DNA from: a bacterium
GTDB taxonomy: Bacteria > Sysuimicrobiota > Sysuimicrobiia > Sysuimicrobiales > Humicultoraceae
NCBI GenBank assembly: GCA_041497675.1
Contig: JBGQGY010000066.1
Span: 1-19,723, forward strand
Length of the DNA: 19,723 nt
Direction of reading: 5' to 3'
Shown here: one piece after another, positions 1-7,551 of the stretch
Position numbering within the stretch: position 1 is the first letter of the stretch
How the letters are laid out: every line of letters begins with the position of its first letter
Made by a program: the position numbers and the translations under genes
The notes under the pieces: model-generated
Database searches by the model: none
The model's input: only the letters and a program-made list of their open reading frames with translations
Told to the model about the DNA's origin: nothing

Positions 1-651
1 CATCACGCCCGCCAGGGCGCCGATGTGGTGCGCCCAGATACCCGCGCAGTTGACGACCACGTCGGTGCGAATCGTGCCCCGATTCGTCACGACCGCCGCC
101 ACCTGCCCGTCGCGCACGGTGATGCCCGTGACTTCGGTCTCTGTGTGGATCTCGGCGCCGCGGGTCCTGGCGCCCTTGGCCAGCGCAAAGGTCAGCCCGC
201 TGGGATCGACGCTGCCGTCGGTGGGGAGATATGCCGCGCCGAGCAGCCCGCGCTCGCTCATGACCGGGAAGAGATCCACCGCCTGTTTTGGCGTCAGGAT
301 CTCCATCGGGAGTCCAAAGGTCTTGGCCGTCGCGGCATGACGACGCAATTCGAGCATCCGCTCGGGGGTGGAGCCCAGGCGCAGACTCCCGGTCTCTCGC
401 CAGTCCGGATCGTGCTCCGTTTCGGCCAGCAAGGTGCGGTAGAGTTCCACGCTGTACATGATCATGCGGGTGAGACTGACCGACCCCCGAAGCTGTCCCA
501 CGAGGCCCGCCGCATGGAACGTCGCGCCGCCGGTCAGACCGCCCTTCTCGACGAGGACCACATCGCGCCAGCCCATCTTCGTGAGGTGATAGGCGATGCT
601 GCATCCGTAGACGCCGCCCCCGATGATGACGGCCTGCGCGTCCGACTTCAC
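1..651 (-). CDS. FAD-dependent oxidoreductase, dimethylglycine/sarcosine dehydrogenase (GcvT-fused) family; 3' end lies outside the window
   Basis: Not in the ORF track (no stop in the window). Manual translation from GTG at 651, with AGGAGG at 659-664: MKSDAQAVIIGGGVYGCSIAYHLTKMGWRDVVLVEKGGLTGGATFHAAGLVGQLR...DGSVDP...VVNCAGIWA. Shows the Rossmann GxGxxG-like motif and the T(W/F)HAAG motif with the flavinylation His of DMGDH/SarDH. Confidence 0.92.
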   Translation of the reverse strand, partial: MKSDAQAVIIGGGVYGCSIAYHLTKMGWRDVVLVEKGGLTGGATFHAAGLVGQLRGSVSLTRMIMYSVELYRTLLAETEHDPDWRETGSLRLGSTPERMLELRRHAATAKTFGLPMEILTPKQAVDLFPVMSERGLLGAAYLPTDGSVDPSGLTFALAKGARTRGAEIHTETEVTGITVRDGQVAAVVTNRGTIRTDVVVNCAGIWAHHIGALAGVM

Positions 652-678
652 GAATGATCCTCCTGGCGTGCTCTCGTG

Positions 679-1479
679 CTACCGATCCAGAGGTGCGCGG
701 TCGGTCACGAACCGGAATCGATCTCCCCGATAGAGATCTTTACCGTATTCGATGGGCCGGCCCCGTGCGTCGAGCGACAGCCGTTCCTCCAGCATCAGCG
801 CTGCGCCGGGCGCGACGCCCAGCAGTCTGGCTTCAAACTCCGTGGCGATTGTCGGCTCGAGACTCTGCCGCGCGCGGTTCACCTTCACGCCGTACTCGGT
901 CTCCATGATCTCGTAGACGGAGCGCCGGGTCGTGTCGAACCGCTCAAATTTGGGGAAACGCCGCACCGGCATCCAAAACGTCTCGAGCATCACAGGCTCG
1001 CGATTCACTAGGCGCACGCGGCGGACGAGGTAGAGGGCCGAGGACACGGGCACGCGGAGTTGTCTGGCCACGGCCGCGCCGGCCGGTTGCTTTTCCAGCG
1101 TCACGACCTTCGCGCCGGGGCGGTAGCCGTACCTCGTCATCGTCCGGCTGAACGGGACGAGTCGCCCAGCCTGCCGCTCGATCTTGGGCCGCGCGACGAA
1201 CGTGCCCGAGCCCTGCCGCCGATCCAGATAGCCTTCGGTCTCGAGCTTGCTCAGGGCCGCCCGGAGGGTCATGCGGTTCACGCCGAGGGTCTCACTCAAC
1301 AGACGCTCGGCCGGCAGCCGTGCACCGGGACGCAGACCGCCCGATTCGATCTCGCTCAAGAGACTTTCCGCGATTTGCAGGTAGAGCGGCACACCTTCCG
1401 TAAAGCGGCTCGCCAGCCGCGAAGCGGCACCGGCGTTGGGCGTGGCGCGGGCGTTGCGCACGTGGTCTACCAATGACAT
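679..1479 (-). CDS. GntR-family transcriptional regulator, HutC subfamily (wHTH + UTRA domain)
   Basis: PLYLQIAE...LRPGARLPAERLLSETLGVNRMTLRAAL...GYLDRRQGSGTFV wHTH; UTRA C-terminus ending PIEYGKDLYRGDRFRF. Start uncertain (ATG 1479 or GTG 1461). Confidence 0.95.
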   Translation of the reverse strand: MSLVDHVRNARATPNAGAASRLASRFTEGVPLYLQIAESLLSEIESGGLRPGARLPAERLLSETLGVNRMTLRAALSKLETEGYLDRRQGSGTFVARPKIERQAGRLVPFSRTMTRYGYRPGAKVVTLEKQPAGAAVARQLRVPVSSALYLVRRVRLVNREPVMLETFWMPVRRFPKFERFDTTRRSVYEIMETEYGVKVNRARQSLEPTIATEFEARLLGVAPGAALMLEERLSLDARGRPIEYGKDLYRGDRFRFVTDRAPLDR

Positions 1480-1482
1480 AAT
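1454..1482 (+). promoter_or_regulatory. Putative sigma70-type promoter of the corrinoid methyltransferase operon
   Basis: TTGCGC (1454-1459), 17-nt spacer, CATAAT (1477-1482) preceded by extended -10 TG at 1474-1475. Confidence 0.6.
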
Positions 1483-1496
1483 GGTCTATACCATTA
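1479..1496. promoter_or_regulatory. Palindromic operator for the adjacent HutC-type GntR regulator (dre-like)
   Basis: TAATGGTCTATACCATTA, near-perfect 18-bp inverted repeat with a TGGTCTATACCA core like DasR/NagR/PhnF sites; shortened copy TGGTCTACCA at 1463-1472. Confidence 0.8.
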
Positions 1497-1522
1497 GACG
1501 CCGACGCCGTCGTGCATGTCAA
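1493..1522 (-). promoter_or_regulatory. Putative sigma70-type promoter of gntR-dehydrogenase unit
   Basis: On the minus strand TTGACA (1522-1517), 18-nt spacer, TCTAAT (1498-1493). The -10 lacks the conserved -11A, so support is moderate. Confidence 0.4.
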
Positions 1523-1557
1523 GAGAAGCCGACGCTGCGTGCCGTCGCACGCGCGCC

Positions 1558-2184
1558 ATGGTAGATCGGCTCACCTTCGATCCGGTCCATGTGGATCCGG
1601 ACCTGATCCTGCGGCTGCAGAAGTACCGGCAGCTCGACACTGTGCCGCAGGTCGTTAAGGATGTGGCGCGCCGAATGGCCGCATCGGCCGAAGGTCTCGT
1701 TGAGCCGCAGGGATGGGTGTGGCGCGGACCGGTCAATCGGGTCGATGCGACCGGGCACGTCCAGATCGGGGACGCGGTGCGCTTCGAGAGCCCCACCCTG
1801 GTGCGCGTACTCGAGGGTGCGACCGAAGTCGCCGTCGTGGTGCTCACGATCGGCCCACGGCTGGAGCGGCGGGCGCACGAGCTGATCGGCGAGGAACAGC
1901 TGGTGGAGGGGTTGTTGTTGGACACGGCTGGTTGGGTCGCCATCGATGCGCTGCTCAAAGACACGCGCCGGCGGCTGGCCGCGGACGCCAAACCGCAGGG
2001 TCGCCGGCTCACGGGGCGCATGGCTCCCGGGTTTGCGGGATGGGGGCTCGAGCAGCAGCGCGAGCTGTTCTCGGCCTTCGACGGCGCCGCGCTCTCGGTG
2101 CACCTGACTGACTCCTGTGTGATGATTCCTCGCAAATCCGTCTCAGGGATCTATGGTCTTGTCCCGGTGACCTATGCCGGGTGA
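1558..2184 (+). CDS. Stand-alone vitamin B12-dependent methionine synthase activation-domain-like protein
   Basis: VVLTIGPRLE...LLLDTAG...RMAPGFAGWGLEQQRELF...VHLTDSCVMIPRKSVSGIYG matches the short MetH reactivation-domain family (RxxPG(Y), MxPxKSVSG). Start ATG 1558 preferred; the ORF can extend to 1516. Confidence 0.85.
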   Translation: MVDRLTFDPVHVDPDLILRLQKYRQLDTVPQVVKDVARRMAASAEGLVEPQGWVWRGPVNRVDATGHVQIGDAVRFESPTLVRVLEGATEVAVVVLTIGPRLERRAHELIGEEQLVEGLLLDTAGWVAIDALLKDTRRRLAADAKPQGRRLTGRMAPGFAGWGLEQQRELFSAFDGAALSVHLTDSCVMIPRKSVSGIYGLVPVTYAG

Positions 2185-4024
2185 CACCGTCACGGTGCAG
2201 TTTGCGCCGGGCGAGCGCCGGGTCGCGGTGCCCACAGGCACGACGCTGCTGCGCGCCGCCCAACAGTCGGGCCAGGAGATCGTAGCGACGTGCGGTGCAC
2301 GCGGCCGTTGCCGCAGCTGCCGCGTACAAATCGTCGCGGGGCCGACCCCACCGGCGACGCTGGCCGACCGCGTCCATCTGGGCGATGACGAGGTCAGAGA
2401 ACGCTACCGTCTCGCCTGCCAGACCGAAGCCTGGGACGATCTCTCGGTCGTCGTTGCGCCGATCTTCGAAGAGACATCGTTCCAGATCCTCGCCGACACG
2501 AGCGCGCTGCGCTCGGCCGCGGGGTTCACGCTCGATTCCGGCGTCCGCAAGGAGTTCGTCACCCCGACCCCGCCGTCCAGCGAAGAGCACCCGGACTCGG
2601 ATCTCGAGGCGCTCCTCCGCACTCTCGACGGCGCGATCACCGACGTGTCCGTGGACGCCCTGCGGCGGCTGCCGGCGCTGCTGCGATCGGCGCCGGGGGT
2701 GACGGTGGCGGTGTTCGACGGCACGCTGCTCGGGATCGAATCCGGCGACACTCGCCGTGACGCGTACGGCGTGGGGTTCGACGTTGGTACGACGACGGTG
2801 GTCGGGTACCTAATCGATCTGTCGAGCGGCACGGTAGCCGCGACCGCCTCCGGTCTCAATCCGCAGGCGGCGTTTGGCGGTGACCTGATGTCGCGCATTG
2901 CGTTCGCGCAGGAAGGGCCGGCCAACGTCCGCCAGCTGCACACCCGAATCATCCAGTCGATGAACAGCCTGATCGACGAAGCGTGCGAGCGCGCGGGCGT
3001 CACGCGCGATCGCATCTACAAGGCCGCAGTGGTCGGCAACACGGTGATGCACCATCTGGTGCTGGGGATCGACCCGACGTTTGTTGGGCAGGCCCCCTAC
3101 GCCCCCAGCATCCGCCGCAGCGTCCGCGTCGCCGCATCAGACGTGGGGCTGCGGCTGAACCCGCCGACACCCGTCTTCTTGTTGCCGATCGTCGCGGGAT
3201 TCGTCGGCGCCGACGCGCTGGCCATGATCCTGTCTACGCGGATCTACGAGAGCCGAGAACCGCGGATCGCGGTGGACATCGGGACCAACGGCGAGATCGT
3301 CCTCGGTTCGCATGACGGTCTGATCGCCTGCTCGGCCCCCGCGGGGCCGGCGCTGGAGGGCGCGCAGTTGCAGTGCGGCATGCGCGCCGCCCGGGGCGCG
3401 ATCGATCAGGTTCGCATCGATGGAGCGGTGCACTACCACGTCATCGGGTCGGATGCGCCGTTGGGGATCTGTGGGTCGGGCATCCTGGATACGATCGCCG
3501 GTCTGCTCGACACCGACATCCTCGATGCCTCCGGGCGGCTGCATCCCGAGGCGCCGCAGGCGCTTCCGGACGATCTCCGCAGGCGTGTGATCACGCTCCC
3601 AGATGGTCTGACGGCTTTCGTGCTGGCGCGGGCGGCCGAGACCGCGACAGGTGCCGATATCCTCTTGACCCAGGCGGATATCCGGCAGGTGCAGCTGGCG
3701 AAAGGCGCGATCCGCAGCGGGATCGACATGCTGCAGCGGCTGACCGGCACACCAAACGATCGGCTCGCCGAGTTGATGCTGGCGGGCGGGTTTGGCAACT
3801 ACCTGAACATCCCCAATGCCATCCGGATCGGGCTCATTCCCCACCTCCCGGTGGAGCGCGTGTCGTACGTGGGCAACGCAGCCGGGCTGGGCGCACAGAT
3901 GGCCGTGATCTCCGAGAGCGAACGCCGGCGCGCCGACGAGATCGCGCTCACCGTGCGCCACGTGTCGCTGGCGACACATCCAGATTTCCAAGATGTCTTT
4001 TTGAACGCGTTGCAGTTTCGATAA
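2174..4024 (+). CDS. ATP-dependent reductive activator of corrinoid proteins (RACo/RamA-like; 2Fe-2S ferredoxin + ASKHA/DUF4445)
   Basis: N-terminal CGARGRCRSC...RLACQ 2Fe-2S motif; DVGTTT, NPQ..FGGDLMSRI, GNTVMHHL, DIGTNGE, AGPALEG, GICGSG, QLAKGAI, LAGGFG, GNAAG. Overlaps the upstream stop by 11 nt. Confidence 0.95.
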   Translation: MPGDTVTVQFAPGERRVAVPTGTTLLRAAQQSGQEIVATCGARGRCRSCRVQIVAGPTPPATLADRVHLGDDEVRERYRLACQTEAWDDLSVVVAPIFEETSFQILADTSALRSAAGFTLDSGVRKEFVTPTPPSSEEHPDSDLEALLRTLDGAITDVSVDALRRLPALLRSAPGVTVAVFDGTLLGIESGDTRRDAYGVGFDVGTTTVVGYLIDLSSGTVAATASGLNPQAAFGGDLMSRIAFAQEGPANVRQLHTRIIQSMNSLIDEACERAGVTRDRIYKAAVVGNTVMHHLVLGIDPTFVGQAPYAPSIRRSVRVAASDVGLRLNPPTPVFLLPIVAGFVGADALAMILSTRIYESREPRIAVDIGTNGEIVLGSHDGLIACSAPAGPALEGAQLQCGMRAARGAIDQVRIDGAVHYHVIGSDAPLGICGSGILDTIAGLLDTDILDASGRLHPEAPQALPDDLRRRVITLPDGLTAFVLARAAETATGADILLTQADIRQVQLAKGAIRSGIDMLQRLTGTPNDRLAELMLAGGFGNYLNIPNAIRIGLIPHLPVERVSYVGNAAGLGAQMAVISESERRRADEIALTVRHVSLATHPDFQDVFLNALQFR

Positions 4025-4037
4025 GGAGCGTGCGCCG

Positions 4038-4970
4038 ATGGCTGCGAGGGGCAAAGAACTGTTGGACCGGCTGAAGTCCGAAGTACTCGTCCTGGACGGC
4101 GCGATGGGCACGATGTTGTTTGACGCCGGGCTGGTCGACGGCGGGTGCCCAGAGTTGTGGAACGAGACGCGGGGCGATGTGGTCGCCGGCATCCATCGCG
4201 CGTACTACGAGGCCGGAGCGGACATCGTCGAAACCAATACTTTCGGCGGCACGCGGCTCAAACTGGCGCCTTACGAATTGCAGGACCGCGTCCGCGACCT
4301 CAACTATGCGGGGGCCCGTCTGGCGAGGTCGGTGTGTCCTCCGGGCAAGTACGTCGCCGGGTCGGTTGGGCCCACCGGGCATCTCCCGGACACGCTCGCG
4401 GCCATGGGGGACATCTCACTGGATCAGATGCGCGCGAGCTTCACCGAGCAGGTCATCGCGCTGGCCGAGGGCGGCGTCGACCTCTTCGCGATCGAGACTA
4501 TGATGATTCCCGACGAGGTCACCACCGCCATCAAGGCCGCCAAGGACGCCACCGATTTGCCGGTCATGGCGACCATGTTCTTTCAGTACAACAAGCACAA
4601 GAGCCTGGATCGCACGCTGTGGGGTTCATCCCCGGCGGACGTCGCCCGGCTGTTGTTCGACGCCGGGGCGGATATCGTGGGGTGCAACTGCGGCGAGGGC
4701 GGGCCCGGCCGCGCCGCCGTGATCATCCGCGAGATGCGGCAGGTGGCATCGGGGTTTCTTGCCGTCTATCCGAACGCGGGCATGCCAAAGCTCGTGGACG
4801 ATCGGACGGTCTACGAGCTACCGCCCGACGAGATGGCGGCAGGCTATCCTGCGATTCTCGACGCTGGAGCGAACGTTGTCGGTGCGTGCTGCGGCAGCAC
4901 GCCGGAGCATATCCGCCGCATCGCCGCCGTTGTGCACCGGGGCACCCTTGTGAAGGAGGGTCGGTCGTAG
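4038..4970 (+). CDS. Stand-alone homocysteine S-methyltransferase (MetH N-terminal Zn domain; methylcorrinoid:homocysteine methyltransferase)
   Basis: LDGAMGTML, PELWN, HRAYYEAGADIVETNTFG, GSVGPTG, IETM, GCNC, PNAGMP, GACCGSTPEHI (three Zn-ligand Cys present); AAGGAG RBS upstream. Confidence 0.95.
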   Translation: MAARGKELLDRLKSEVLVLDGAMGTMLFDAGLVDGGCPELWNETRGDVVAGIHRAYYEAGADIVETNTFGGTRLKLAPYELQDRVRDLNYAGARLARSVCPPGKYVAGSVGPTGHLPDTLAAMGDISLDQMRASFTEQVIALAEGGVDLFAIETMMIPDEVTTAIKAAKDATDLPVMATMFFQYNKHKSLDRTLWGSSPADVARLLFDAGADIVGCNCGEGGPGRAAVIIREMRQVASGFLAVYPNAGMPKLVDDRTVYELPPDEMAAGYPAILDAGANVVGACCGSTPEHIRRIAAVVHRGTLVKEGRS

Positions 4971-4972
4971 CC

Positions 4973-6352
4973 ATGGTGAGCTTCCTCGAGATCTGCAGAC
5001 GCGCCGCGACGGGCCCGATCGTGGCGCCCGACGACTTCGACATGGAGCGGTTCGTGCCGAGCCTGCGGAACGCGATCAAGAAACATGGGCTGCAGGCGCC
5101 ACCCAAGGACGTGATCATCCCCTGGGATGATGACCTGGCAGATCGTATCTATCTGGCCGCCAAGGATTTCCTGGTCGACACCGGGTGCTACTGCCCGGAC
5201 ACGAACCGGGTCATCATGTTCACGCGCGAAGAGCTGGAAGAATCGATCCACCATGCGCCCACGCAGTGCCCGCTCGGCGAGGGCAAGGAAGCCGGCTTCA
5301 TGCGCCCCCGCCGCCCGGAGGATCCACAGATCCCCTGGTGCCACGTGGGCGGCGGGATCCCCGTATCCTCCGATGAGATCGCGTCGGCCGTCGTCGAAGG
5401 CTACGCGCGAATCCCGCACGCCGACTCGATGAGCATTCCGGCGCTCACGCAGCTCCGCGGCATGCCGGTGCAGGCCGGCGCGCCGTCTGAAATCTATGCG
5501 GCGATCCAGTCGGTGCGGATGGGGCGCGATTCGATGCGGCGCGCGGGGCGGCCGGGTCTACCGATCATCAACCTGCTCTCATCGTCGGCATCGCCCATGG
5601 GCGTGCTGGCCGTGACCAACCGCGAGTACGGGTTGCGGCCGTCCGACGGATGGCTGATTGTCTCGCTCTCCGAGCTGAAGCTCGACTACAACGTATTGAA
5701 CAAGACCGCCGCGATCCTGTCCTTCGGGGGCAACGTGGGGTTTGCCGCAGGGGCCATCTATGGCGGGTTTGCCGGCGGGGTGATCGGCTGCGCGGTGCTG
5801 AACGCCGCGTATATCATGGTCGGGCCGCTGCTGGTCAACGCCACGTATCATCTGCTCTACTCGCTGCATATTGCGCAGTCGAACTCGACCGCGCGCGAAG
5901 TGCTGACCAGCGTCGCGCTCGGCTGTCAAGCCGTGAGCCGCAACATGCCCTTCCCCTATTTCGATCTCGGATACACGGCGGCCGGGACCGCCACCCCACA
6001 ACTCTACTGGGAGAGCGCCGCGCGGATCATTACCGATGTGGTCTCGGGGGCCAACATCGAAACCGTGCACCCGGCCAAAGGCATCCTGCTGGACAACTAT
6101 AGCCCGATGGAGATGCTGTTTGACTGCGAGGTGGCGCACGCGGCCGCCGGGATGACACGGCGGGATGCGAACGAGATCGTCAAGGCGCTGCTGGCGAAAT
6201 ATGAGCCGCATTTGAAGAATCCACCGGAGGGCCAGCGGTTCCAGGACTGTTTCAATATCGATACCCTTGAACCGACGCCACAACACTACGAGGTCTACAC
6301 GAACGCCAAAGCGGAGCTGCGCCAACTCGGGCTCCCGCTGCGGGGAGGGTAA
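4973..6352 (+). CDS. MtmB-family (monomethylamine:corrinoid methyltransferase fold) protein lacking pyrrolysine, 459 aa
   Basis: ATG 4973 with AAGGAGG at 4953-4959. Colinear with recalled Methanosarcina MtmB: RAATG, GCYCPDTNRVIMFTREE, LGEGKE, AGRPG, ELKLD, IYGGFAGG, ITDVVSG, AKG, PEGQRFQDCF, LRQLGL. No in-frame TAG. Confidence 0.9.
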   Translation: MVSFLEICRRAATGPIVAPDDFDMERFVPSLRNAIKKHGLQAPPKDVIIPWDDDLADRIYLAAKDFLVDTGCYCPDTNRVIMFTREELEESIHHAPTQCPLGEGKEAGFMRPRRPEDPQIPWCHVGGGIPVSSDEIASAVVEGYARIPHADSMSIPALTQLRGMPVQAGAPSEIYAAIQSVRMGRDSMRRAGRPGLPIINLLSSSASPMGVLAVTNREYGLRPSDGWLIVSLSELKLDYNVLNKTAAILSFGGNVGFAAGAIYGGFAGGVIGCAVLNAAYIMVGPLLVNATYHLLYSLHIAQSNSTAREVLTSVALGCQAVSRNMPFPYFDLGYTAAGTATPQLYWESAARIITDVVSGANIETVHPAKGILLDNYSPMEMLFDCEVAHAAAGMTRRDANEIVKALLAKYEPHLKNPPEGQRFQDCFNIDTLEPTPQHYEVYTNAKAELRQLGLPLRGG

Positions 6353-6356
6353 CCGG

Positions 6357-7034
6357 TTGGACGAGGCAGAGATTCTAGACGGGTTACGACAAGCCGTTCT
6401 GGATTACGACCACGAGGCCGGGACGCGCCTGGTCCGCCAGGGGCTGGACCAGGGGATTCCCCCGCTCCGTCTCATCGAGGAGGGGCTGTCGCGCGGCATC
6501 GCCGTCATCGGCGCGAAGTTTCAGGCGATGGAGATCTTCCTGCCCGAATTGATGATGGCGGCCAAGGTCTTCCTCGAAGCCATGAAGATCCTCGAACCCG
6601 TGATCCTGGCCTCCGGTGAGGGCAAGCACAAGCGCGGCGTAGCCGTGATCGGCACGGTGAAGGGTGACGTCCATTCGATCGGCAAGGATCTCTTTGGCAC
6701 CCTGCTGAAAGTCGCGGGCTTCGAGGTGCACAACCTGGGCGTCAACGTGCACCCGGGCAAGTTCATCGAAAAGGTCGAGGAAACCGGCGCGCAGATCGTC
6801 GGCCTGTCGGCGCTGATGACCACGACGATGCCATCGATGCGCGAGGTCATCGAGTTCTTCGAGGCCCGGGGGCTGCGGGAGAAACACACGATCATGATCG
6901 GCGGCGGCCCGGTGACCGAATCCTATTGCCGGAAGATCACGGCCGACGCCTATGGAGAGACGGCGCAGGACGGGGTGGATCTGGCGATCAAGTTCGTGGA
7001 GCAGATGCGGGCGGCAGGGTTAGGACGGCATTGA
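6357..7034 (+). CDS. Corrinoid (cobalamin-binding) protein, MtmC/MttC-like
   Basis: TTG start at 6357 with GGGGAGG at 6342-6348; cap domain EIFLPELMMAA; base-off/His-on motif GTVKGDVHSIGK, then GLSALMTTT and IGGG. Confidence 0.95.
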   Translation: MDEAEILDGLRQAVLDYDHEAGTRLVRQGLDQGIPPLRLIEEGLSRGIAVIGAKFQAMEIFLPELMMAAKVFLEAMKILEPVILASGEGKHKRGVAVIGTVKGDVHSIGKDLFGTLLKVAGFEVHNLGVNVHPGKFIEKVEETGAQIVGLSALMTTTMPSMREVIEFFEARGLREKHTIMIGGGPVTESYCRKITADAYGETAQDGVDLAIKFVEQMRAAGLGRH

Positions 7035-7092
7035 CGCGTGCATAGTATGATTGAGGCACCCAACCATCCCGCTGACGACGAGAGGAGAAACG

Positions 7093-7536
7093 ATGTCTGT
7101 CGCAGAGAACACCAAGCTTGATGAGGACTTCATGGCCGCCTGGAACGCGCACGACGCGGACCGCGCGATCGCGCTGCTGGCCGATGACGTAGTCTGGCAG
7201 GATGTCACCATCCCGGAGGCCATGCGTGGCAAGACCGCGGTCCGACAGTACATTCAAGGCTGGTTCAAGGCATTTCCGGACATGAAAGCCGTCGTGAAGA
7301 ACCGCGTCGTGACCGAAGAGCAGGTTGCAGCCGAGCTCGAATTCACGGGGACGAACACCGGCCCCTTGCAGATGGCGCCCGGCATGCCGGCGATTCCCGC
7401 GACCGGAAAGAAAGTCACGGGTAAGGGAACGTACTTCGTGCGCATTCGGAACGGCAAAGCAGCTACCGTCCACACATATCCCGACGCCGCCGGAATGATG
7501 ATGCAGCTTGGACTGGTCCCGCGGCCCGGCGCATAG
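7093..7536 (+). CDS. SnoaL-like ester cyclase / NTF2-fold protein
   Basis: ATG 7093 with AGGAG RBS; AWNAHD, FKAFPDM, FTGTNTGPL, IPATGKKV motifs. Confidence 0.9.
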   Translation: MSVAENTKLDEDFMAAWNAHDADRAIALLADDVVWQDVTIPEAMRGKTAVRQYIQGWFKAFPDMKAVVKNRVVTEEQVAAELEFTGTNTGPLQMAPGMPAIPATGKKVTGKGTYFVRIRNGKAATVHTYPDAAGMMMQLGLVPRPGA

Positions 7537-7551
7537 ATTGCGGACGCGCGA

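Noticed and set aside
23..657. Plus-strand ORFs 23-340 and 25-657
   Set aside because: Antisense shadows of the minus-strand dehydrogenase gene.
1480..1557. Cobalamin or SAM riboswitch upstream of the B12 operon
   Set aside because: The leader is too short and lacks the conserved motifs; only a 6-bp GCGTGC/GCACGC hairpin, expected by chance at this GC content.
4145..4972. 735-aa ORF suggesting an N-terminal extension of, or frameshift fusion to, the MtmB homologue
   Set aside because: The first 276 codons are an Arg-rich shadow frame of the homocysteine methyltransferase. MtmB similarity starts at ATG 4973, which has its own RBS and gives the expected length of about 459 aa.
4968..4975. TAG just before the MtmB-like gene as a possible pyrrolysine read-through
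   Set aside because: The TAG is out of frame with ATG 4973, ends a complete domain, and no pyl genes or tRNA-Pyl are in the window.
7031..7051. TTGACG and TATGAT as a sigma70 promoter
   Set aside because: The spacer is only 9 nt. The AT-rich patch may still hold a -10 element, but a full promoter cannot be supported.
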